A stretch of 42,355 nucleotides of DNA from Bacteriovoracaceae bacterium. GTDB taxonomy: Bacteria; Bdellovibrionota; Bacteriovoracia; Bacteriovoracales; Bacteriovoracaceae. The stretch covers positions 1 to 42,355 of the forward strand of contig JABIHA010000077.1 of assembly GCA_018649885.1 (NCBI GenBank), written 5' to 3'. Under the pieces are notes generated by a model. It searched no databases, was not told where the DNA came from, and worked only from the letters and a program-made list of their open reading frames with translations. This document shows positions 16,926 through 25,402 of the stretch, one piece after another (position 1 is the first letter of the stretch; each line of letters begins with the position of its first letter). Both the position numbers and the translations under genes were made by a program.

Positions 16926-19421
16926 TTAATTATCACCCTCTACAGTGATGAAATTTAGAGTACAGTTTTGGGTAGAGTCAGAGATTAAAAATGCTTTTAT
17001 ATGTAAAACACCTGTCCCAATTTGGCCTGGGAATTGAGAGATAAAATTGTTTACATCAACTGCAGTGTTTGACTGACTTGATGAAGCGGCATCAACCCAA
17101 ACTAGACCATTGTAGTAGTACCAATAGACTCCATCTCTTGAAATTTGATAACTGGTTGTGCATGTACCAGTTACTGAAGCACTAAAACTCGACAAGCTAA
17201 AATACTCAGGTCCAACGAGAGTACTGACAGCAGGAGGATCTCCATAGTAGTGGGAAGGTGCAAGTGAAATTGAGCTCAAGGTGGGCAGTGTTGAGTTTGC
17301 TGAGTCATCTGACTCCAATAATACCTGGTACTGGAAGTACTGGTTACTAGGAACTGAAAGGCCTGTAAAATCGAAAAATGAAAGTGTGGGGAAAGTTAAA
17401 TTGGGTACTGCCCCACCAGCGTAGTCACATTTGCCAGTAGCACCCACCAAAATGTTGCAATTATTCAACTCGCTAAACCAGGTGGCAGAGCTTCCATCGG
17501 GACCACTCCAACTCTCACCACTACAATTAGAATCATCACAACTGCGAACTTGGAATTTGACCCGATTAGCACCCCTTCGATAAATTTGTGAGATCTCTGT
17601 TGCACTTAGTGTTCTTGACCAAACTGCGAACTCTTCAATTTTTCCTGGAAATGAATTACCTGGGCCACCAAAATATTTTGCAAGAGTGATGGAGCTAGCA
17701 TCTGTACCAATGGCAGTGCTATAGTCCCCTGTGGCCACGACGGCCCCATTTAAATAAATCTTTAACTCATCGGTTCCTCCTAGATCTTTATCATAAGTAA
17801 AGGCCACATGATTCCACATGCGCTCTTGCAGAACCCCTGAGCCTGTACTGGCCCTGACAGCGCTATTAAACCACACCGAAAGAGCATTTGTTCCAGAGCT
17901 GCTTCCGAAATACCAAGAAGTATTATAAGCTTTCTCTGCAATCCGCTTATTTGTACCTAAAGTCGCAGTTGGATAAATCCAAGCTGAGACGGTTATTTTA
18001 TCCGTTATATCCAGTGTGGCGTGATCAGCGACGGTGACACTTTGGGTTGTCGCCGTAAACTCAACGGCATTAGAAAATAATCCATTTGAGCCAAGAGTTG
18101 GTCCAGCATTCGCAGTGCCATGATTAGAATTTGCAGAGGAGTCTAGGAAGTCAGTGGCACCTGGAGCTGTTCCTGTGACCGTCTCATTTAAGCGAAGATA
18201 GAGCTCAAGGTTAGTATTCAAACTGGTTGTGGTGTAAATAGAAGTGTAGTCGGTGGCCGTTTCATTTCCAGAGCTACCAGGCATAGATTTGTGAAAAGGA
18301 AGCTCTGTCACCCAAGAAGTATCTGTCCATGAACTAGTGCTAACACCTACATCTACGACTGGTGAAATATATCTTCCGGCGTAGCGCGGAGATTGACGAT
18401 CATAAATCTGCTGAACTTCGCTAGCACTTAAAGCAACATTCCAAATAGCAACATCATCAAGTGAGCCATCCCAATAACGAGATAAGTTTGCAACTTTTCC
18501 TAGACTGAGCTGTGTGGATGCAAGAGCTGCTATAGAGACCGGCACAGTCCCTACTGAAAAACTAAGGGTTTGTTCCTCCCCATTTATATACATCTTCAAT
18601 CTTGTGCTATTACCTGCTTGAGTTCCATCATAGACCATGACCGCATGGACCCAAGCTGTAGTGGTGGTGAAGCTGACTTGGCCATAGGCATTGAACGGAC
18701 CTGCTAGTACAAGCAAACCTTCTCCTCCAGTTTTTGACTGCATTAAAAGTCCATTGCCTCCACTATACCATCCCACGATGCCATCGTGGACTCCACCTGA
18801 ATTGCTGATCAACCATACTGAAAATGTCATTTGAGTCACGCCTGATGGATCGAGTGCTGTGCCTAAATCAACATAGTCTGTTGTACCATTAAAGACTCCC
18901 GCAGCTGCTCCAATTTTAGCAGAGGAAGAGGTTGTTGCAGTTGAAACTCGCACTCCATGATTACCGCCTATGGAATCGACAACCTCATCTGTGGTTCCAT
19001 TCCAACTAGCTTCATCCATTTTCCAGTAATTTGTTAAATTGGCCCACTGTGGAGTCCAACTTGAATCATGATCAATACAATTTGAGCTCACTGGATTGCA
19101 TGCTGTACTTCCAATTGTTAAAACTCCGCCAGTGTAACTGGTTCCCATGTGAGTGCCGCTCGCAAATTCAGTCGTTGAGTTATGGGTTTGATCCAATGTT
19201 TGTAAGTCTGCACCAGATGATATGGAAATTTTAGTTGAGTCTGCCGAGTATTTTGCGCTGTCTACATATGGCCAAGAATAGAAAAATGGACGCAAGATCC
19301 TTTTATTCTCTTCTCCTCCAAAGCTTTCATCGAACTCGCTAGTATCTATACTTCCAAGCTGGTTGCAGGCAGCAACTAACAATACTATAAAGAGAAAGAG
19401 AAATAACTTATACATACGCAT
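16926..19421 (-). CDS. Lipoprotein with two LamG/concanavalin A-like lectin domains
   Basis: Lipobox LVAAC; two repeats of W.H....YD...L..Y.NG...F/W.G.(L/I)(DD/EE).A.W..AL/TLSA.E...IY; Ser/Thr-rich. Start 19421 or 19415. Confidence 0.85.
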   Translation of the reverse strand: MRMYKLFLFLFIVLLVAACNQLGSIDTSEFDESFGGEENKRILRPFFYSWPYVDSAKYSADSTKISISSGADLQTLDQTHNSTTEFASGTHMGTSYTGGVLTIGSTACNPVSSNCIDHDSSWTPQWANLTNYWKMDEASWNGTTDEVVDSIGGNHGVRVSTATTSSSAKIGAAAGVFNGTTDYVDLGTALDPSGVTQMTFSVWLISNSGGVHDGIVGWYSGGNGLLMQSKTGGEGLLVLAGPFNAYGQVSFTTTTAWVHAVMVYDGTQAGNSTRLKMYINGEEQTLSFSVGTVPVSIAALASTQLSLGKVANLSRYWDGSLDDVAIWNVALSASEVQQIYDRQSPRYAGRYISPVVDVGVSTSSWTDTSWVTELPFHKSMPGSSGNETATDYTSIYTTTSLNTNLELYLRLNETVTGTAPGATDFLDSSANSNHGTANAGPTLGSNGLFSNAVEFTATTQSVTVADHATLDITDKITVSAWIYPTATLGTNKRIAEKAYNTSWYFGSSSGTNALSVWFNSAVRASTGSGVLQERMWNHVAFTYDKDLGGTDELKIYLNGAVVATGDYSTAIGTDASSITLAKYFGGPGNSFPGKIEEFAVWSRTLSATEISQIYRRGANRVKFQVRSCDDSNCSGESWSGPDGSSATWFSELNNCNILVGATGKCDYAGGAVPNLTFPTLSFFDFTGLSVPSNQYFQYQVLLESDDSANSTLPTLSSISLAPSHYYGDPPAVSTLVGPEYFSLSSFSASVTGTCTTSYQISRDGVYWYYYNGLVWVDAASSSQSNTAVDVNNFISQFPGQIGTGVLHIKAFLISDSTQNCTLNFITVEGDN

Positions 19422-19423
19422 AA

Positions 19424-19449
19424 GTATCGGAAATTAAGTATTACCTTAG
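19424..19449 (-). promoter_or_regulatory. FliA (sigma28)-like promoter
   Basis: Minus strand CTAAG-N13-TCCGATAC directly before the start codon(s); no SD sequence. Confidence 0.5.
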
Positions 19450-19595
19450 TAAAAGTTGCTAGAATTTTTAAGCGTTGTGGAAAGTATTACCACCCAGGGA
19501 TAGCATCCAAAATTCCTCGGTCTTTTCAGCTCCATAAGTCATGGGTTTTACTATAAATAAAATGGGTATGTTCCAAGGATTACTGGTTTTGGAAT

Positions 19596-19618
19596 GGGCC
19601 ACCGTGATGGTGGCCCTT
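19596..19618. terminator. GC-rich hairpin downstream of the 596-aa gene
   Basis: GGGCCACC-GTGAT-GGTGGCCC; poor U-tail. Confidence 0.55.
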
Positions 19619-19623
19619 AATAC

Positions 19624-21414
19624 TTAGAATAAATTGTATAAATCAGAAATGTCACTTACTACGAAATGAAGTGGATTAGTGGCAGCTCCCACGACACCTA
19701 CAGACTTAACCACTGCGAGACGAAGGCCATCGTCAGCTGGAAAAGTTATCATGGCATCAAGCTGATAATTTTCAGAACCAGCAAGAGATAAAAGAGAGGT
19801 TATAAGAGGGATATTAAATTTCCCGTCATTCATTGTGGCCGCTTCATTAATAGCTTTCACAAGGGCCTTCATTCTCTTTACCGAGGTCCCCTCTTTTTGA
19901 GCTTTCTTAAGTTTTTTGACAACCTTTTCAGCATTCCAAAGAGTGTTTGTATCCATTTTGGCAAAAGTCTTTTTTACAACACTCGAAGTTTCACCAAGAT
20001 GCTTAAACATATATTTTTTTTGTGCATCTAGTGTACTTCTTGAAATCTTAAGTTTGTCTGCAAGAGTATTCCAAAAGCTATCCTCTGAAGTTGTCAAAAG
20101 ATTTTCAACACCATTTTCATACACAGTGATATCCACATATGTATTCACTTTGCCGTAATCTTTTTTAACTTTTCCAGGCACTGCTGAAGCAGAGATTAGC
20201 TCACTACCAGTGATCTGATTAATAAAAGGAAGGTATTTATTAAAGAGTTCATTTCTCTTAGTCATCTTATCTTTGTGAGCAAAGCTAATATAAACAGTGG
20301 GATTTAAAAGTCCACTTTCATCAACTCTAGCAGAGTAAGTCACATTCTTAATATGAGTTTCTTGTTTCTTAAAAAGCTCCCACTTCTTCTCTTTTCTCAA
20401 ATCAACTTGAATAAGACTATCGACACTATCACCAGTTGTGATTGTGGCCTTATCAGATCTTACAACCTTCTTAGTTTTTAGAAATCCCATCATATTAAAT
20501 TTAACAATATTTTCTTTAAATTTTGATGATACTTTTTGCTTTAAAGCAACACTTTCAATAGCGCTATAGTCTTGGAAATCAACCAGACCTTTTACAGCGT
20601 CTTTAACACTTAAGTCTGTATCAATTTTATCTAAAGCTACTACGTAGACATCTCGATTAATTTGTCCTGAATCACTTGTCATCTTAAGGACTTGATTTTT
20701 GACAAAGAAAACTTTCCAGCCAAGAGAGCTTGCAAGCATTGATGAAAGGCTATCATCTTTATAGATTTCAAGAAAACCCGCTCTTTTTGATGAAAGAATT
20801 GATCTTCTAAGAACAATTCTGCTAACTCCGCCTTTAACAATAACGCTAGCAAATGATGGAAAAAATCCGTACTTGAGTTTAACTTCTCCGCCACCAGTAA
20901 CTGTATCTTCAAGTAGAAGCACACTATTTTTTGGCATAGGTCTTGAATTAACCTTGAACATAGAAAAGTTAGTAAAGCCTTGCTCTAATTCTTTGGCCTC
21001 TATGGTCGATCCAACTGGTCTTACTAATGTATAGGTTTTTAAGTAAGAAACTTTTCCCCTTAAAACAACTCCTACACCCAGCTTCATACCAACCATCAAT
21101 TCATCCCAAACGAGAAATCGATCACTTTCGCTGGTAGAATTTCTATTTTCAGTGACTTTTCTTTCAAGCTTTAGTGTGACACTGGCAAATAGGCCATCAT
21201 CAATTCCAAAAAGTGAAAGAGGTAGGTCTACATCATCTCCGCTTTTTAATAAGAGCTCAGCTCCTTTTTCTAAATATTTTGAAACTCCAGAAAAGACCTT
21301 TTTTTGATTTTCTTCAAACTCGGAAGCGGCTTTTTCGCTACTCCCAGCTGCAAAAACATGTGTGCTAACAAGAGATAGTGATAACAGCATCCCTAGCAAT
21401 AAATTAAATTTCAT
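19624..21414 (-). CDS. Secreted hypothetical protein (Lys-rich, beta-rich N-terminal half)
   Basis: Signal peptide ..STHVFA; AAGGAG RBS; no recognised family. Confidence 0.75.
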   Translation of the reverse strand: MKFNLLLGMLLSLSLVSTHVFAAGSSEKAASEFEENQKKVFSGVSKYLEKGAELLLKSGDDVDLPLSLFGIDDGLFASVTLKLERKVTENRNSTSESDRFLVWDELMVGMKLGVGVVLRGKVSYLKTYTLVRPVGSTIEAKELEQGFTNFSMFKVNSRPMPKNSVLLLEDTVTGGGEVKLKYGFFPSFASVIVKGGVSRIVLRRSILSSKRAGFLEIYKDDSLSSMLASSLGWKVFFVKNQVLKMTSDSGQINRDVYVVALDKIDTDLSVKDAVKGLVDFQDYSAIESVALKQKVSSKFKENIVKFNMMGFLKTKKVVRSDKATITTGDSVDSLIQVDLRKEKKWELFKKQETHIKNVTYSARVDESGLLNPTVYISFAHKDKMTKRNELFNKYLPFINQITGSELISASAVPGKVKKDYGKVNTYVDITVYENGVENLLTTSEDSFWNTLADKLKISRSTLDAQKKYMFKHLGETSSVVKKTFAKMDTNTLWNAEKVVKKLKKAQKEGTSVKRMKALVKAINEAATMNDGKFNIPLITSLLSLAGSENYQLDAMITFPADDGLRLAVVKSVGVVGAATNPLHFVVSDISDLYNLF

Positions 21415-21546
21415 ACAGAAATCTCCTTATGATTATAAAATGATGCTGTGTGTATATCTCTAAAGTTAATGAATTTTCAATGAAGAAAAGTTAAAACCGA
21501 ACAACAGGTGATGCGCTGCGCGTTAACGTGAATTTATTTCATCAAA

Positions 21547-22578
21547 CTACTGTGAGCAAGCACTTTTTATGATCTCACAGGCCTTACTAATATCACTTTC
21601 ACTTAAACCAAGATGGGTGACAAACCTAATAACTCCGCCCCTGGCAGTACATAAAATGCCTTGCTCTTTAAGTTTTTGGGCGATGGTTTGATCATCACCC
21701 TTCACAAGCTTGAGCCAAACAATATTAGTATCAACGCTTTCGAACTCTAGCTCAAAGGCCCCAGATGACAAAGCAGCTTCAGCTAACAATTTAGCGTGGT
21801 GATGATCTGTAGTAAGTCTTTCAATATTATTTTTAAGAGCAAAACTTCCTGCGGCCGCCAGGTAACCAGCTTGCCTCATTCCGCCTCCTAAAATTTTTCT
21901 CAGCTTTCTGGCCTTATCAACACTATCTTTGCTGCTGACAAAGAGCGAGCCAACAGGAGCTCCCAGACCTTTAGACAAACAAATTGAAATGGTGTCAAAG
22001 TATGAGGCAATCTTGGAGGCCTTAGAATTACTCGCTACAACGGAGTTAAATAATCTCGCCCCGTCTAAATGCATTAAAAGCTTTGAGCTTTGGGCAAAGG
22101 AGTGGATCTTTTTTATTTCATCCAGTGGATAGACCTTTCCTCCACAACGATTGAGTGAATTTTCTAAACTTACCAGCCTTGTGCGGTTGTAGTGAACATC
22201 AAATGGGTCATTGATCATTTGCTCAAGCTCACTGGCCCTAATAATCCCATCACCACTAGTGCAAGTCTTGACACTCACACCCCAAAGCCTTGCAGGAGCT
22301 CCTCCTTCCCACTTAACAACATGATTATTTCTATGGGTAATCATCTCATCCCCTGCATCACATAGAGTGCCTATGGCCAATTGATTGGACATAACACCAG
22401 AGGGAACAAATAAGGCGGACTCTTTTCCAAGTAAGCTAGCACCGAGATTTTCAAGCTCTATGATAGAAGGATCTTCACCGTAGACATCATCACCTACTTC
22501 GGCATTCATCATGGCCTCGCGCATTTCGGCACACGGCTTAGTGACAGTATCTGATCTTAAATCGATGAAATTTTTCAT
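21547..22578 (-). CDS. ltaE: Low-specificity L-threonine aldolase
   Basis: IDLRSDTVT, VGDDVYGEDP, HLDGARLFN, CLSKGLGAPVGS (PLP Lys), GGGMRQAG; start 22578 or 22590. Confidence 0.93.
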   Translation of the reverse strand: MKNFIDLRSDTVTKPCAEMREAMMNAEVGDDVYGEDPSIIELENLGASLLGKESALFVPSGVMSNQLAIGTLCDAGDEMITHRNNHVVKWEGGAPARLWGVSVKTCTSGDGIIRASELEQMINDPFDVHYNRTRLVSLENSLNRCGGKVYPLDEIKKIHSFAQSSKLLMHLDGARLFNSVVASNSKASKIASYFDTISICLSKGLGAPVGSLFVSSKDSVDKARKLRKILGGGMRQAGYLAAAGSFALKNNIERLTTDHHHAKLLAEAALSSGAFELEFESVDTNIVWLKLVKGDDQTIAQKLKEQGILCTARGGVIRFVTHLGLSESDISKACEIIKSACSQ

Positions 22579-22600
22579 ATTATGATCCATTTTTAGATAT

Positions 22601-23314
22601 TTACTCTTTGGGAAAACCTGCATCGGCCCAGTCTTTAAAGGCCTTTAATACCTCTTCAGTAACAGGGTCATAGTCGTCTTCTTCTGGAGGCATGGATTCA
22701 AACTCCATTTCCATATAGCATGGTGAATCTTCAACTTCGCTATCCTCTTCATCTTCTACCTCTTCATCAATAGCGCATTTTTTAAGCTCTTCATAACTCA
22801 AAAACTTTTCAGCAGCATCTTTGATTTTCACTGTTCCATGGCAATCAAGACAACTTACTTGCAAAAGATTTGCGCAAAGAGATTTGTAAGTTCCCTCAAT
22901 GGGCACTCCTTTTGGAGCGTCTTTAACAGGAGGGCAATCATATTTGGGTTTTCCAGGTGTGCTGTGGATAATAACTCTTTTAATACCTTCAATATATATT
23001 TTGACGTAAGAGATTTTGTCATCAGAAAGGCCCCCATCAGTTGGCATGGATCCATCTGCAACTCTTTGGTACAAAACTGAAGCCCCAGGATTACCTGGAA
23101 CAACCCTCCTATTAACCTCGCCTTCGCTTTCGGCCCAGTCGTGACAACGAACACAGTGAGGAGTCAGTACATTTTGTTTTAAGGTAGCAAAAGAAACGGC
23201 ACTCAGTGCTGGTAGCGATTTGAATTGCTCCATCTCATTTGTACCCATTTGTCTGAGACAACCAGAGAGTAGAAAAATCAATGTCAGAGCTAGTGCTACA
23301 ATCAGTTTACTCAT
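22601..23314 (-). CDS. Dihaem c-type cytochrome lipoprotein (planctomycete cytochrome-like domains)
   Basis: Lipobox LSGC; CVRCH..VVPGNPGASVLY..GSMP and CLDCH..SMPP..W..AGFP; start 23314 with AGAGGA RBS. Confidence 0.8.
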   Translation of the reverse strand: MSKLIVALALTLIFLLSGCLRQMGTNEMEQFKSLPALSAVSFATLKQNVLTPHCVRCHDWAESEGEVNRRVVPGNPGASVLYQRVADGSMPTDGGLSDDKISYVKIYIEGIKRVIIHSTPGKPKYDCPPVKDAPKGVPIEGTYKSLCANLLQVSCLDCHGTVKIKDAAEKFLSYEELKKCAIDEEVEDEEDSEVEDSPCYMEMEFESMPPEEDDYDPVTEEVLKAFKDWADAGFPKE

Positions 23315-23324
23315 CAAATTCCTC

Positions 23325-24425
23325 TTACCACAGGTTGACATAAAGCTGGGCCATTGCATATTTTTGATCACTTTTCTCGCGCTTAGTCAAACGTCCATCG
23401 AACTCAAGTACTAGGTTTCTTGAAAGCTTTAGCCCCATTGATGGCCCATACTTGGACTCTTCCATTTTAAACTGCTGCTTTCTGGATACATGCTCAAAGC
23501 TTGCCCCGAAATATAAGTAATCCTTAATGTAATAACGAGGCCTAAAAAATACTGCGAATTGGGAAAAGCTTTTTCCAGTAGCGCGCAATTCTCTAACTGT
23601 GTAATCAAATTCAAATAGAAAAACAGTGGAGAAGGCACTATATCTTACAAATTGTCCCAGCTGCCATCTCTCAATACTTTGAGTTCTACCCGCCAAAATA
23701 TTTGCACCTACTGCTAGCTTTTTAAATACCATTGTCTCAGTTTTGGCCACCAACCCAAACTCACCATTGCCCTCAGCCTCTTGAAAGCTGGGAGCAAATA
23801 AAAGTAGTGTGCTTTGGTGCTGGCCAGACCAAAAGTTTAGTTGGCCCTGGGTAGGAAAATCAGTGACACCCATGCGGTTTCTTTCTTTTATATAAGTGGT
23901 GTGATCAACCAGCCCGATTCCCAGGGGAAGGTGATCCCTACCAAATGAAAAGCTCGACTTCTTATCAAGCGCAATATCAACCGTCGCCTTTCTAAAAACA
24001 AAGTGAGTGGCAAAATTATCTTCTGTGTGGTGATCAAGTGCTGGTGGATTATAAGGAACTCTGGCCAGTGTCGCATCAATGGAGACACCCTTAGAAATTT
24101 CAAGGCGCGTGAGATAATCAAATTGCATGGGAAAGATTTTTGATTCATCAGGATTTTTTTTGACCAGACCTGCTCCTCTCATTTGGAGGGCGTGGGCCAT
24201 TTTCCCATTAAAACTGATGGCCTTCGCTATACTTCCCGGCTTGTACTCTCCTCCGCCCATGCTAAAGGCCTTAGAGATTCCTTTTCCGTAGGGAGATAAT
24301 AGTCCCGACCCTCTTGCTGAAAAATGGCAGGCCTTGCAGCTAATATAGCCGTGTCTAATCATCTCAGGGTTTGCAAAGGCAAGAGAGTGAATCAGCAGAA
24401 AAAATAATGAGATCCAAAGTTTCAC
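23325..24425 (-). CDS. Outer-membrane beta-barrel with N-terminal CxxCH (Cyc2-like cytochrome-porin fusion)
   Basis: Signal peptide, then NPEMIRHGYISCKACH..GSGLLSPYG; alternating amphipathic beta strands; C-terminal aromatic (QLYVNLW). Confidence 0.7.
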   Translation of the reverse strand: MKLWISLFFLLIHSLAFANPEMIRHGYISCKACHFSARGSGLLSPYGKGISKAFSMGGGEYKPGSIAKAISFNGKMAHALQMRGAGLVKKNPDESKIFPMQFDYLTRLEISKGVSIDATLARVPYNPPALDHHTEDNFATHFVFRKATVDIALDKKSSFSFGRDHLPLGIGLVDHTTYIKERNRMGVTDFPTQGQLNFWSGQHQSTLLLFAPSFQEAEGNGEFGLVAKTETMVFKKLAVGANILAGRTQSIERWQLGQFVRYSAFSTVFLFEFDYTVRELRATGKSFSQFAVFFRPRYYIKDYLYFGASFEHVSRKQQFKMEESKYGPSMGLKLSRNLVLEFDGRLTKREKSDQKYAMAQLYVNLW

Positions 24426-25024
24426 TTAGTACTCTCAAGCTCCATTTTAACCTCTACATTGTCTTCAACAGTAACGCCCATATATGATGGAGGAGTTATT
24501 CCCATTTTTGTCAGAGAAATGGAAAAATTGGAATCCATTTTGATGAGAGCTTCGCTTTTAGTAATGACCACCTTAGCTAGTAACTCAGAGCTCTTTCCTG
24601 CAAAAGAAATAATCCCTTTTATCTGGCATATATTTTTTCCACTTTTAATCGGACAAGCAGACTTTGAAACCAATTCCAGGTTGGGCATTAACCCTGCCTT
24701 GTCTTTAAAAATCTTGTCCCACATATGCTCATCTCTCATATCAATTCCAGTGGTGAGACTCTTTATGGGAATAGATACACTTTCCATACTGACAACTTCA
24801 GCACCGTTTTTATCAACCGTGTGATTCATTAAAAATTTTCCTGACCCAGTTAACTCTCCTGAAAATTCCACTGCCGGAACATTGGTTAAAACATTGAATT
24901 CGAGCTTTGGTTTAAAGCTAGCGCTCTTTCCAAAACTGAACTCAGTGCCAAAAATCCCGTAGAATAAACAAAGTATTAAAATCTTCACAGCTTTCTCCAT
25001 ATTAGGCGTCTGTCTGTCATACAC
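24422..25024 (-). CDS. YceI-like lipid/polyisoprenoid-binding periplasmic protein
   Basis: IPIKSLTTGIDMRDEHM, F.ISLTKMGITPPSYMGVTVEDNV.V motifs; signal peptide. Confidence 0.8.
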   Translation of the reverse strand: MYDRQTPNMEKAVKILILCLFYGIFGTEFSFGKSASFKPKLEFNVLTNVPAVEFSGELTGSGKFLMNHTVDKNGAEVVSMESVSIPIKSLTTGIDMRDEHMWDKIFKDKAGLMPNLELVSKSACPIKSGKNICQIKGIISFAGKSSELLAKVVITKSEALIKMDSNFSISLTKMGITPPSYMGVTVEDNVEVKMELESTK

Positions 25025-25146
25025 GATAAAAACCTCACGACCATCAGCCTTTTTCTAACATTTTGTTAACTTTGAGAAAACACATTTTTAATGTGGGGCA
25101 GGGAAAGAAGGTCAATGCACAGCATCCATGAGGTTTAATGAAGAGT

Positions 25147-25353
25147 TTATGACTCTTCTTCGGAGATCACCGTATACTCTGCTTCGATGTCTTGTTTAGG
25201 AACACCTTGTTCACGATTTGCCTGATGATTTCTTTGCGGATCTTCTCTTTGAGGACCGGATGCCCCACCCACTACAAGCATGGGGGCCAAGAAATTTTTC
25301 CATACGGCCTTAATAAGAAGATAGATTAAAAAGAAATAAATAATCTTTATCAT
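25147..25353 (-). CDS. Small membrane-anchored hypothetical protein
   Basis: N-terminal hydrophobic helix; C-terminal DIEAEYTVI motif. Confidence 0.65.
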   Translation of the reverse strand: MIKIIYFFLIYLLIKAVWKNFLAPMLVVGGASGPQREDPQRNHQANREQGVPKQDIEAEYTVISEEES

Positions 25354-25402
25354 GAACCATACATACCATATTTATCAAAGCTTGGATTAATTTTATAGGA
25401 AA

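Noticed and set aside
19469..19542. Tiny minus-strand ORFs in the intergenic gap
   Set aside because: Under 30 aa, no RBS or motif.
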